NCBI GenBank assembly: GCA_047602425.1
Contig: JASGHG010000001.1
Coordinates: 2,560,001 to 2,624,000 of the forward strand
Direction: 5' to 3'
DNA length: 64,000 bases
DNA from: Nibricoccus sp.
Lineage (GTDB): Bacteria; Verrucomicrobiota; Verrucomicrobiia; Opitutales; Opitutaceae
The notes beneath the pieces were generated by a model. It was given only the letters and a program-made list of their open reading frames with translations, made no database searches and was not told the origin of the DNA. The translations under genes and the position numbers were made by a program. This document shows, one piece after another, positions 26,584 to 35,861 of the stretch. The first letter of the stretch is position 1, and every line of letters starts with the position of its first letter.

Positions 26584-28634
26584 GGTGTGCGAAGCAATTT
26601 GGCAAAGGGGTCGGCAGCGTCTCGGTCACGTAAACCGGCTGGGAGAAGGAGGTCAACCTGCGATCTTAACGTGGCGGGAAGCTCGTTTGCGCTCTGGTAG
26701 GTGAGGGCGAGAGCGATGGGAAGCCCGGGATGGTCGCGGCGGATTTCCGCGAGGAGAATGCGAAGTTCGGCATCGGCGCGGGCTTGGCGGATAATAACAA
26801 GTTCGAGACGCGAGCCGTCCTCGCGCAGGATGCGGCGGGCATGTTCCTGGGTGGCGACGGTGCGCACTTCCCAATCGGGATGATGGAGTTCGTCGAGGAC
26901 GGTGGACTCCTCCGTCATGCCGGGCTCAAAATAAAGAACCCGCGTGCGGCGAAGGTTCGGTTTGGCGGTGGCCAGTGGCGAACGGGTGCCATGGGCGAGC
27001 GAGAGGTCGGCCAAGGGGAGGACGAGAACGATTTCCGTGCCCTTGTCCGGCGTGCTGCGGGCGGCGATGGTGCCACCATGGGACTCGGCAAAAAGGCGGG
27101 CATGGTATAGACCAAGGCCGGAGCCGCGACGGGACTCCTTGGTGCTGAAGAAAGGATCGAAAATTCGCGGGAGGTGGGCGGGGTCGATGCCCGCTCCATT
27201 GTCGGCAAAGACGAGTTCGATCGAAGGCTGGGTCAGCGGCGCGATGGGCGGAATGGTGTTGGCCAATGGTTGGGCACCGGCTTCGAGGCGGCGAAGCGTC
27301 AGGCGAATGGCGCCGGGCCCGCGCAAGGCATCGCGGGAGTTGAGCGCGAGGTTGACGAGCGTCTGGCGAAAAGCGGTTTCGTCGATGAGGACAGGCCAAT
27401 CGCCTTCGAGAAGCGGACCGGAAAGCTGGGTGCCGCGCGGAAGGATGATCTTGATGAGCTCAAGCTGGTCGCGGACGAGTTTGCCGAGGTTGGCATAGCC
27501 TTTTTCGCCGGTGGCTTCGCGGTTGAGGTCGATAATCTTGCGAAGCAAGCGTTGCGCCTGGGCGGCGTTGTCTTTGATAAGGCCAAGGCCGTTATGAAGC
27601 GGGTGTTTGGAGGCGAGTGTCTTGTGGTAAAGTTCGCTCAGCGAATAAATGCCAGTCATCGCGTCACTGAACTGATCGAGCAGGCCGCTGGTGAGCGTAG
27701 CGATGCTTTCCTTCCAAGCGTGGGTGGTAAGGTGATGTTCGGCAATTTTCTGACGCGTGATGTCGAGCCAGACGCCTTCATAGCCGAGGAGCAATCCGTC
27801 GGCGGAGCGCACGGGGGAACGCACGTCCAGGAGATAGAGATAGGTTCCGGTTTGCGGATTGAGAACGCGGTAGACGAGACTGAAGGGTTTGAGGGACGAA
27901 GCCTGGCGGTCCAACTCCTGGTAATAACCGCCTTCGTCGGCGGGATGGATGAGACGAAGAAGAGCCTGGCTGTCCTTGCTCAACGACTGGCTTTCGAGCC
28001 CCATCAGGGCTTCGCAGCCGGGGCCGATAAAGGCGAACGAAAGATCGGCATGCTGGTGGAAAACGACGCCGGGCAGATGGGCGAGGTAGTGATCCAGCCG
28101 GTTCTCGACCGTGCGCAGACGGAGGAAAATTTTGGCGAAGGTGGCTGGATCGGGGGTGAAGTCGGAGATGCCGGCATGCTTGAGCAAGTCGCGCGGAGCG
28201 AGTTCCGGCACGAGCGTGACATGCATCTGGCCGCCGCAGCGCAGGCGGTGAACGGCGAGCACGAGGCCGGGCAGGCCGGGGGCGATGTCGGGCAGGTAAA
28301 AGGTTTCGTCGGAATCGAAAAGGCTGGAGGGAAGACGATGGCCCCATTCCGGGTGACGACCGGCGAGGACGGTGCGGAGGGATTTGCCGTCGAGACTGGC
28401 GGGGTTGTGAAACCAGGGCTCGTCGCTGGAAAATTGGTGGGCGAGAATGGTGTCGGTGCGGTCGATGACAAAGAGCGCGCAGGTCGCCGGACCACCGGGC
28501 GCGCCGCCAACGCGGCTGGACACGCCCCAAGGCGCGGTAGTGGTTTCGTCAATACGCTGGAAATACGGACGGCGGAGCGGCGAATTGCTGTCCGTGCTGG
28601 CGAAAGGCTGGGAAGAACGGTCAGGAACCGGCAT
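26580..28634 (-). CDS. PAS/HATPase hybrid histidine-kinase-like protein with degenerate H-box and REC-like tail
   Basis: PAS (IHPAD...EGVWLDITRQK), N box NLALNSRDA, DNGAGI, FDPFFSTK and GSGLGL. The H-box reads GLLDQFSD. Confidence 0.85.
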   Translation of the reverse strand: MPVPDRSSQPFASTDSNSPLRRPYFQRIDETTTAPWGVSSRVGGAPGGPATCALFVIDRTDTILAHQFSSDEPWFHNPASLDGKSLRTVLAGRHPEWGHRLPSSLFDSDETFYLPDIAPGLPGLVLAVHRLRCGGQMHVTLVPELAPRDLLKHAGISDFTPDPATFAKIFLRLRTVENRLDHYLAHLPGVVFHQHADLSFAFIGPGCEALMGLESQSLSKDSQALLRLIHPADEGGYYQELDRQASSLKPFSLVYRVLNPQTGTYLYLLDVRSPVRSADGLLLGYEGVWLDITRQKIAEHHLTTHAWKESIATLTSGLLDQFSDAMTGIYSLSELYHKTLASKHPLHNGLGLIKDNAAQAQRLLRKIIDLNREATGEKGYANLGKLVRDQLELIKIILPRGTQLSGPLLEGDWPVLIDETAFRQTLVNLALNSRDALRGPGAIRLTLRRLEAGAQPLANTIPPIAPLTQPSIELVFADNGAGIDPAHLPRIFDPFFSTKESRRGSGLGLYHARLFAESHGGTIAARSTPDKGTEIVLVLPLADLSLAHGTRSPLATAKPNLRRTRVLYFEPGMTEESTVLDELHHPDWEVRTVATQEHARRILREDGSRLELVIIRQARADAELRILLAEIRRDHPGLPIALALTYQSANELPATLRSQVDLLLPAGLRDRDAADPFAKLLRTP

Positions 28635-29913
28635 GAGCGGAGGACGCGTGGGAAGCGGAGGAGGAGGCCACGGCTTGAATGATGTGGGAGGGAATTTGTT
28701 CGAGGGAAATTTGTCGCTGGGCGGCGCCGTTTTCCCAGGCGGCCCGCGGCATGCCGTAGACGACGGAGGACTCCTCGTCCTGGGCGAAAGTGACGGCACC
28801 CTTTTCGCGGAGACGGAGCAGACCTTCGGCTCCGTCCTTGCCCATGCCGGTGAGGATGCCGGCGATGGCATGCTGGCCGACGAGGTCGGCGGCGGATTTG
28901 AAGAGGATGTCCACGGCAGGGCGTTGATGCCAAACCATGGGGCCATCGGCCACGCGCACGCGATAACCGTCGCCCGCCCACTGGAGCATCATGTGGAAAT
29001 TGCCGGGCGCGACGAGAGCGAGGCCGGGGACGAGCCGGTCGCCGTCAACCGCCTCGCGGACTTCAAAGGCGCAGGAGGCATTGAGACGGTCGGCAAACGC
29101 ACGGGAAAAATGCGCGGGGATATGCTGGACAATGGCGATGCCCGGAAGATCGCCGGGAAGCTGGGTGAGGACGTCGCGAAGGGCTTCGGTGCCGCCGGTC
29201 GACGCGCCCAAAAGAATGAGCCGTCGTGGATGATGGCGTGTGGCGGTGGGAAGAACCGTGAGCTGCGGGCGGGGCGGGAGTGGGGCGACGGGGCGGGACG
29301 CGGCGACGATTGGCGGCTTGGAATTGGTGGGAGCGGCCGGTTGGACTGGAGCTTTGAGATTGGAAATCGGAGAAGGCGCGGGTGGCTTCGCGGGGTTGGC
29401 GGCCGGAGTCGAAGCAGGCGCCGGAAGGGGCGAGGCCGAACCATTTTGGCCCGGTGAAGAGGAGGCGGCGGGCCGGCGGAAAGGCGCGCGAGTCGGGGTG
29501 GGGCGGCGGAGCCGGGCGGTGGCGGCGGTTTTGATCTTGTCGATCAACTGCGGGCCGAGGTCGCCGAAGGAGTAGGCGCCGCCCGGTTTGCCCAACACGT
29601 CGACAGCGCCAAGACGGAGCGCTTCCATCGCATGGTGCGAGCCGGTCTTGGTGAGCGAGCTCATGATGATCACCGGGAGGGGGCGTTCCTCCATGATGAT
29701 TTTCAAAAACGTGAGGCCGTCCATGCGGGGCATCTCGATGTCGAGGGTGAGAACATCGGGTTTGAGCTGCACGATCTTGTCGCGCGCGATGTACGGGTCC
29801 ATGGCCGTGCCAACGACCTCGATTTCGGAATCGTGGGCGAGCGCGTCGCTGACAACCTTTCGGACGACTGCAGAGTCGTCGACGATGAGGACGCGTATTT
29901 TTTTAGAGGGCAT
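28621..29913 (-). CDS. cheB: Chemotaxis methylesterase CheB with long Pro/Ala linker
   Basis: REC (VDDS, LDIEMP) and esterase motifs GASTGG, QHIP, LTGMGKDGA and VYGMP. Confidence 0.95.
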   Translation of the reverse strand: MPSKKIRVLIVDDSAVVRKVVSDALAHDSEIEVVGTAMDPYIARDKIVQLKPDVLTLDIEMPRMDGLTFLKIIMEERPLPVIIMSSLTKTGSHHAMEALRLGAVDVLGKPGGAYSFGDLGPQLIDKIKTAATARLRRPTPTRAPFRRPAASSSPGQNGSASPLPAPASTPAANPAKPPAPSPISNLKAPVQPAAPTNSKPPIVAASRPVAPLPPRPQLTVLPTATRHHPRRLILLGASTGGTEALRDVLTQLPGDLPGIAIVQHIPAHFSRAFADRLNASCAFEVREAVDGDRLVPGLALVAPGNFHMMLQWAGDGYRVRVADGPMVWHQRPAVDILFKSAADLVGQHAIAGILTGMGKDGAEGLLRLREKGAVTFAQDEESSVVYGMPRAAWENGAAQRQISLEQIPSHIIQAVASSSASHASSAHAGS

Positions 29914-29996
29914 GGAGGGGAACGGAAAAGGCTGAAAGGCTGAAACTGAGAGTTGGATGGCGGCGATGCGGATTGTTGGAGGTGGCGAGAGGTTGT

Positions 29997-30830
29997 TTAT
30001 TTCAACGGTTTTTGGTAGATCGCCGGCTTGATCATATGAAGCGGATGCTTGATGCCGCTGAGGCTTTCGGAATGACCGACAAAAAGGTAGCCGCCGGGGA
30101 CGAGTTGTTTGGAAAGTTTGTTGACCAGTTCGGTCTGGGTGGGGCGGTCGAAATAAATCATGACGTTGCGGCAGAAGATGACTTGGAACTGTTCGTTGAA
30201 GGGGAAGGCGCCTTCGAGGAGGTTGAGCTGCCGGAAAGTGACACATTCCAGGAGGCTAGGTTTCACGCGGTAATTGCCGTCCTGGGGGCCGAAGCCTTTT
30301 TGGAAGTAGGTTTTGAGGAGATTGGCGGGGACTTTTTTCACCGCTTCCTCGCGATAGATGCCGACGCGGGCTTTTTGAAGGATGCGATGGGAAATATCGG
30401 TGGCCTCGATGCGCCAGGGCCAGTTGTGGTCGGCGCCGAAGAACTGCGACATGGCGATGGCGATGGAGTAGGGCTCTTCGCCGGAGGAACTGGCGGCGCT
30501 CCAGACGTTGCAACGCGGCCAACGTTCGGTGGCGCGGCGCTTGGTCAGTTCCGGGAGGGCATGGTTGGAGAGGAAGTCGAAGTGCTCGTGCTCGCGGAAG
30601 AAATAAGTGTGATTGGTCGAGATCGCATCGATGAGGTGGGCGAGCTCCTCTTCGCCGCCTTCCTTGGCTTGGATGAACCGACAATAGTCGCTGATCGACG
30701 TGATGTTGGTTGCACGCAGGCGTTTGCCGAGGCGCGCGGAAACCAGCTCCTTTTTATCGGGGCCTAAGTTGATTCGACTGTGGCTATAAACCAGTTCGCG
30801 GATGAATTCGTAGTCGCTATCCCGCATCAT
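29997..30830 (-). CDS. cheR: Chemotaxis methyltransferase CheR
   Basis: TNHTYFFRE, WSAASSSGEEPYS, IFCRNVMIYFD and GHSES. Confidence 0.95.
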   Translation of the reverse strand: MMRDSDYEFIRELVYSHSRINLGPDKKELVSARLGKRLRATNITSISDYCRFIQAKEGGEEELAHLIDAISTNHTYFFREHEHFDFLSNHALPELTKRRATERWPRCNVWSAASSSGEEPYSIAIAMSQFFGADHNWPWRIEATDISHRILQKARVGIYREEAVKKVPANLLKTYFQKGFGPQDGNYRVKPSLLECVTFRQLNLLEGAFPFNEQFQVIFCRNVMIYFDRPTQTELVNKLSKQLVPGGYLFVGHSESLSGIKHPLHMIKPAIYQKPLK

Positions 30831-30945
30831 AGTTGGGTTGAGGGTGCTGCGAAAACTATCGGCGCGTTTGAGCGCGAATGTAGACGCACTTGCGCAAATC
30901 CTCCGGGGGAAACCCCGGAGACGATTTCCAAGGTTTGAGAGCGCC

Positions 30946-30960
30946 CGGCAAAAATTGCCG
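30946..30960. promoter_or_regulatory. Putative enhancer-binding-protein site (palindrome CGGCAAAAATTGCCG)
   Basis: Dyad 122 nt upstream of a sigma54 consensus. A related dyad GGGCATTTTGCCC lies at 30980-30992 and a near-copy at 39136. Confidence 0.55.
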
Positions 30961-31067
30961 TGGACGGAACAGGGCGGCTGGGCATTTTGCCCGGTCTCTT
31001 CTAGGGAAAACACCCTGATTTTTTTAATCGGTTGATAACCATGCCGATCTGCGGGTGTTAAGGCGGC

Positions 31068-31083
31068 TGGCACCGCCGTTGCT
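31068..31083 (+). promoter_or_regulatory. Sigma54 (-24/-12) promoter of the flgB operon
   Basis: TGGCAC-CGCCG-TTGCT, matching TGGCAC-N5-TTGC just upstream of flgB. Confidence 0.8.
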
Positions 31084-31097
31084 AAATGTGGAGCGCG

Positions 31098-31481
31098 ATG
31101 ATCGATCCAGTATTTCAGTCCGACAATTACCTTTTGGCCCGAAAACTCCTCGACGCCTCGGTGGTGCGGCAGGAGGCCATCGCTTCGAACATCGCCAACG
31201 CCGACACCCCTGGTTACCGCCGCTTGGACGTCGCCGCGGACTTTGCCACGCAACTCCGCACGCGTCTCGAAACCGGCAAAGCTTCCGAGGTCGCCGCGCT
31301 GAAGCCGTCGCTGGTCGAAGATCCTTCCGCCCGTTCCGTCCGTCCCGATGGCAACACCATCGAACTCGAACGCGAGCTTCTGGAAATGAACCGCAATTCC
31401 GTCGAATTCGACTACCTCGCCGAGGTCGTCAGTCGGAACATCAAGCAAATGAAAATGGCGATTTCCGGCCGCGTCCTCTGA
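31098..31481 (+). CDS. flgB: Flagellar basal-body rod protein FlgB
   Basis: IASNIANADTPGY and RPDGNT. Confidence 0.93.
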   Translation: MIDPVFQSDNYLLARKLLDASVVRQEAIASNIANADTPGYRRLDVAADFATQLRTRLETGKASEVAALKPSLVEDPSARSVRPDGNTIELERELLEMNRNSVEFDYLAEVVSRNIKQMKMAISGRVL

Positions 31482-31512
31482 TGCCGACTGAGCTCCCTCT
31501 CAACCCCTACCC

Positions 31513-31938
31513 ATGAACATCATTTCCGGCATCGACATCACCGCAGGCGCGCTGAATGCCCAAAAAACCCGCCTCGACATCGTCGCGCAAAACATCGCCA
31601 ACGCCCAGACGACCCGTGGACCCGACGGTCAACCTTATCACCGCAAAGTCGTTTCGTTCGAAACCGAGCTCGTTCGCCAATCCGGCACGTCGACGCCCGG
31701 CGCCGGCCTGCAAAGTGTTCGCGTCAGCTCCATCAAGGACGACAAATCCGAGGGCCAGAGCCTTTACGATCCGCAGCATCCCGACGCCACGGCCGATGGT
31801 TATGTGAAAATGCCCAACGTGAACATGGCCTACGAAATGATCGACCTCATGACCGCATCCCGCGCCTACGAGGCCAATCTTTCCGTCGTGAAAAACGCCC
31901 GCCAGATGACCATGCGCGCGCTTGAGATCGGCAAGTAG
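31513..31938 (+). CDS. flgC: Flagellar basal-body rod protein FlgC
   Basis: NIANAQTT, YDPQHPDA, GYVKMPNVN and ASRAYEAN. Confidence 0.95.
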   Translation: MNIISGIDITAGALNAQKTRLDIVAQNIANAQTTRGPDGQPYHRKVVSFETELVRQSGTSTPGAGLQSVRVSSIKDDKSEGQSLYDPQHPDATADGYVKMPNVNMAYEMIDLMTASRAYEANLSVVKNARQMTMRALEIGK

Positions 31939-31986
31939 TAAAACCTTTCCCCACCGCCAAACCCCGCAACCCGGCCCTTTTTTCCC

Positions 31987-32346
31987 ATGGCTCTCATCGG
32001 CAACGTCGGCAGCATCCAGAACCCGCTTCTCACGCAGCTCAACGCCCCTGCGCGCACCGATTCGCCCACCGGTCCGGTCAAGCTGCCCGGCATTGCTCTT
32101 CCCGCTGAAACGACCCAGGCCCAACCCGGCGGTTTCGGCAAAGTCTTCGAGCAACTCGTTTCCACTGTCGATACGAAGGACCGCGAAGCCAAGGCCCTGA
32201 CCCGCGACGTGCTGCTCGGCAAAAATGACCAGGTGCACCAATCCATGATCGCGATGCAGGAAGCCGGCGTGGCCTTCCAGCTGATGATCGAAGTGCGCAA
32301 CAAGGTCGTCGAGTCCTATCAGGAACTCATGCGCATGCCGGTCTGA
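31987..32346 (+). CDS. fliE: Flagellar hook-basal body protein FliE
   Basis: EVRNKVVESYQELMRMPV C-terminus. Confidence 0.93.
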   Translation: MALIGNVGSIQNPLLTQLNAPARTDSPTGPVKLPGIALPAETTQAQPGGFGKVFEQLVSTVDTKDREAKALTRDVLLGKNDQVHQSMIAMQEAGVAFQLMIEVRNKVVESYQELMRMPV

Positions 32347-32392
32347 TTTTTTATCGCCCAATTTTTTTCGCTAACCCCGAACCACCGCTTTC

Positions 32393-33979
32393 ATGAAAAA
32401 TTTCCTCCGTTCCCTCGGCGCTCTGTGGAAGGAACTCGGCCTCAACCAACGCGTATCGCTCGTCATGGCCGCCCTGGCCGTCGTTGCCGGACTCGTTGTC
32501 CTCACGGTTTGGTCGCGCCGGCCGGACTTGCAGCTCCTCTACGGCCGCCTCTCGGAGAAAGATGCCGCTGCCATCGTGAGCACGCTGCAGGCCCAGAATA
32601 TTCCCCATAAAGTCAGCGCCGGCGGCGGCAGCGTCTACGTCGCGGCCGATCAGGTCTATCGCCTCCGCATGGAACTCGCCTCGAAAGGCATTCCAAGTGG
32701 CGACGGCGTGGGTTTCGAAATTTTCGACAAAGGTCAGTTCGGTCTCAGCGATTTTGTCCAGCGCACCAATTACATTCGCGCGCTTCAAGGTGAGCTTGCC
32801 CGAACCATTTCCCAGCTGGAAGGCGTGCGGAGCGCCCGTGTCATGATCGTGCAGCCGGAAAACCGCCTGCTCCTCACCGACCAGAACATCAAGCCCACCG
32901 CTTCCGTCTTTGTTGAGCTCGCCTCGAACCGGCTCGATGCCGATGCCGTCAATTCCATTCGTAACCTCGTGGCCAACGCCGTGCAGGGTCTTCAGCCCGA
33001 CCAGGTCGCCGTCGTCGACAATCGCGGTCGTGTATTGTCCGAGGAACTACGCCAGGATCCCACGCTCGGCACCGCTTCCAGCCAGATGCGCTACCGCCAG
33101 CAGGTGGAAGACTATTTTGCCAAGAAGATCGAAAGCATGCTCACGCCGGTCGTCGGCAACAACAACGCCATCGTGCGCGTTTCCGCCGAGATCGAAACCG
33201 AAGCCACCACCCTCATGCAGGAAAAGTACGATCCCGAGGGTCAGGTCGTGCGCAGCCAGACGATCAGCGAGGATATTTCCAATTCCAAGGAAGACAAGGC
33301 CGGTGGCGCCGTCGGCATCACCGCGAACACGCCTGCCGCGACCGATAAAGGCGCAGCCGATGCCCTGGCCGCGGGCCAGCAGCAGAAACCTTCCTCGACA
33401 ACCGAGTCCAATCGCAAAAACCGAACCACTTCCTATGAAATCGGCCGTGTCGTGACCAACGTCACCCGCCAGCCCGGTTCGATCAAGAGCCTGAGCGCCT
33501 CCGTCTTCATTGCCGACGGCGGCATCGGCGCCGATGGCAAGCCCAAGAAGCGCAGCGCCGAGGAACTGCAAGCGCTCAAGCAGATCGTGATCAATGCCCT
33601 CGGCCTTCGTGCCGACAACGGCCGCAGCGTCGACTCGCTCGTCTCTCTTCAGGAAACCGCCTTCCAGACCGAACCGATCACCGCCCAGATTCAGAAAATC
33701 CAGAGCGAAACCCGCGTGCAGGGCTGGATCGAAACCGCCAGCCGTTACATCGCGATCGGCGTTGCGGCGATCGTGCTCTTCGTCTTCTGGCGCATGTTGA
33801 AGAAGCAGAAAATCGAGCCGGTTCCGATGGAGCTGCTCGCTGAGGCGCCCGATCCAACCAAACGCGCGCTCCAGACCAACGGCGGACTTTCCCCCGAACT
33901 TCTCAATGAACTCATCCGCCAGAAGCCGGCCAACATTGGCACCGCGCTCCGCGACTGGGTCTCCGTGAAGAAAAACTAG
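32393..33979 (+). CDS. fliF: Flagellar MS-ring protein FliF
   Basis: GFEIFD, RALQGELARTI, PTASV and two TM segments. Confidence 0.95.
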   Translation: MKNFLRSLGALWKELGLNQRVSLVMAALAVVAGLVVLTVWSRRPDLQLLYGRLSEKDAAAIVSTLQAQNIPHKVSAGGGSVYVAADQVYRLRMELASKGIPSGDGVGFEIFDKGQFGLSDFVQRTNYIRALQGELARTISQLEGVRSARVMIVQPENRLLLTDQNIKPTASVFVELASNRLDADAVNSIRNLVANAVQGLQPDQVAVVDNRGRVLSEELRQDPTLGTASSQMRYRQQVEDYFAKKIESMLTPVVGNNNAIVRVSAEIETEATTLMQEKYDPEGQVVRSQTISEDISNSKEDKAGGAVGITANTPAATDKGAADALAAGQQQKPSSTTESNRKNRTTSYEIGRVVTNVTRQPGSIKSLSASVFIADGGIGADGKPKKRSAEELQALKQIVINALGLRADNGRSVDSLVSLQETAFQTEPITAQIQKIQSETRVQGWIETASRYIAIGVAAIVLFVFWRMLKKQKIEPVPMELLAEAPDPTKRALQTNGGLSPELLNELIRQKPANIGTALRDWVSVKKN

Positions 33980-34006
33980 TCTCAAGCACCAAACTTTTCT
34001 CCCACG

Positions 34007-35026
34007 ATGATCGACCCTGATTTTAGCAAGCTCAGCCGCCAGCAGAAGCTCGCCATTTTTCTCATCGTCATCGGTCCGGAATCCGCTGCCGAGGTGATGA
34101 GGCACTTCGACGATGCCGAGATCGAGCTCATTTGCCGCGAAATGTCGCAGTACTCCATGATTTCCGACACCACGCGCAACCGGGTCATGGAAGAGTTCAC
34201 GCCGCTGATTGGCGAGGGCATCACTTCCACGTTGGGTGGTCTGGACTACGCCCGCCGCACGCTCGAAATTGCCCGTGGCGATTACAAGGCCGGCACCATC
34301 ATCGGCCGTCTCGGACCGGCTGGTTCGGCGGTCGAAGTGATCAAAGACATTTCCGAGATGGAAGGTCGCCAGATCTACAATCTCATCAAAAACGAACAGC
34401 CGCAGACGATTTCGTTCGTACTCTCGTACCTCGAAGGCGCGAAGGCAGCGGAAATTTTTGCCCTTTTGAGTCCCGACCTCCGCGAGGAAGTGGTCGAGCG
34501 CCTCGGCACGATTGATTCTACCTCTCTCGACTTGGTCGGCAAAATCGTCCGCAACCTCGGCAAGCATTTCGACAACAAGGTTCGCCCGACCTACCACCGC
34601 TCCGGCGGCGTGCGCGCCGTGGCTGATTTGCTCAACGGTATCGACAAGGAAATGTCGAAGAGCCTTCTTGCCCGTCTCGAAGAGCGCAACGCCCAGCTCG
34701 GTGCTGCGATTCGCAAGAAGATGTTCTCCTTCGAAGATCTCAACCGCCTCCAGTCGCAGGATCTGCAACGCGTGTTGCGCGAAGTCGACTCGGCGAACCT
34801 TGCCGTCTCGATGAAGTCCGCCAGCGAGCCGCTCAAGGAAAAGATCTACGGTTCCATCTCGAAGCGCGCCGCCGAAAGTCTCCGCGACGAAATCAGCATG
34901 CTCGGTCCGGTACGCTTGAAAGACGTCGAAGTTGCACAGGATGCCATCATCCAGGTTGTTCGCCGCCTCGAGGAAGAAGGCTCCATCTCGCTCGATTCCG
35001 GCAGCGATTCAACCGTGGTCGCGTAA
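34007..35026 (+). CDS. fliG: Flagellar motor switch protein FliG
   Basis: EQPQTI, GGVRAVA, MFSFEDL and GPVRLKDVEVAQ. Confidence 0.95.
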   Translation: MIDPDFSKLSRQQKLAIFLIVIGPESAAEVMRHFDDAEIELICREMSQYSMISDTTRNRVMEEFTPLIGEGITSTLGGLDYARRTLEIARGDYKAGTIIGRLGPAGSAVEVIKDISEMEGRQIYNLIKNEQPQTISFVLSYLEGAKAAEIFALLSPDLREEVVERLGTIDSTSLDLVGKIVRNLGKHFDNKVRPTYHRSGGVRAVADLLNGIDKEMSKSLLARLEERNAQLGAAIRKKMFSFEDLNRLQSQDLQRVLREVDSANLAVSMKSASEPLKEKIYGSISKRAAESLRDEISMLGPVRLKDVEVAQDAIIQVVRRLEEEGSISLDSGSDSTVVA

Positions 35027-35031
35027 GCCAA

Positions 35032-35156
35032 AAATCCCAAACGCCAAACGTCCAAATCCCAAATTTTAAATCTGAAATCTAAAATCTGAAATTCCGATGA
35101 TGCCGGAAATTCCTCCCGCTGTTCTTTGGATTTTGGGATTTGGCCTTTGAAAATTT
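35032..35156. repeat. Intergenic heptamer-repeat hairpin, AAATCCC class (fliG-fliH)
   Basis: About nine AAA(T/C)NNN units followed by inverted GGATTTT/GGGATTT/GGCCTTT units. Confidence 0.75.
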
Positions 35157-35164
35157 CTCCCTCC

Positions 35165-35746
35165 ATGCCTCACCACAAACTCGTCGCCTTTGACCGCCCG
35201 CTCATCGCGGTTGCCATCCAGGGGCAGGGTGCTCGCCTTTACAGCGAGGCCGAACTGGCTGTTATCCGCCAAAAGGCCTGGCAGGAGGGCAGTGATGCCG
35301 CCCGGGAATTTGCGAATCATCAACTCGTGGAATTCCGTGCCGAAGTACAGGCCTTGCAGGAAGGACTTTTCCAGCGTCTCGCCGCAACCGATTCCGAGAT
35401 GCAAACGCAGTTGCGGGAGTCGTTGCCTTCGCTTGCGGTCGAACTCGCCCGTCGCCTTCTCGCCGGTTTCGAGCCGACCGCCGAGCAGGTCATCAAGCTC
35501 TGCGAGGAAACGCTCGCGCAACTTTATCCCGAGCGCGACGATCTCGAACTCTTCCTCTCCCCGCGCGATGCCGCGATGCTTGAGCAGGTCAACCCCGAGT
35601 GGAAAGCGCGCCACCCCGGCTTGAAGATCACAGTCGATGCCGCCCTCGGTTCCGGAGATTGCCAGGTCCGTAGCCGCTTTGGCCTAACCGATGCCCGCCG
35701 CCAAGCCAAACTCGAAGCTCTCACGAGGGAACTGCTCAGTGCATAA
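35165..35746 (+). CDS. fliH: Flagellar assembly protein FliH
   Basis: Position between fliG and fliI; AWQEG segment; LSPRD...DAALGSGDCQV. Confidence 0.85.
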   Translation: MPHHKLVAFDRPLIAVAIQGQGARLYSEAELAVIRQKAWQEGSDAAREFANHQLVEFRAEVQALQEGLFQRLAATDSEMQTQLRESLPSLAVELARRLLAGFEPTAEQVIKLCEETLAQLYPERDDLELFLSPRDAAMLEQVNPEWKARHPGLKITVDAALGSGDCQVRSRFGLTDARRQAKLEALTRELLSA

Positions 35747-35754
35747 CACGCTGA

Positions 35755-35851
35755 AAATTCCAAACGCCAAAATTCCAAATCTCAAACCATGAAGCCAAAC
35801 TCAAAATTATCCGCTGTTTTGTGGAATTTGGGTTTTGGACTTTGAAATTTT
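35755..35851. repeat. Intergenic heptamer-repeat hairpin, AAATTCC class (fliH-fliI)
   Basis: AAATTCC AAACGCC..AAATTCC AAATCTC followed by GGAATTT GGGTTTT GGACTTT GAAATTT. Confidence 0.75.
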
Positions 35852-35861
35852 TCCGCCGCTT

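Noticed and set aside
29997..31448. Long N-terminal extensions in the ORF track (cheR to 31448, cheB to 30246, permease to 20926, receptor to 49404, purT from 57915)
   Set aside because: They overlap neighbouring genes or promoters, and family homology begins at downstream ATGs.
33047..34768. Long antisense ORFs (573 aa here; also 41251-43089, 27174-28682, 7950-9353, 50476-51669)
   Set aside because: These are shadows of well-supported genes on the opposite strand in GC-rich DNA and carry no motifs.
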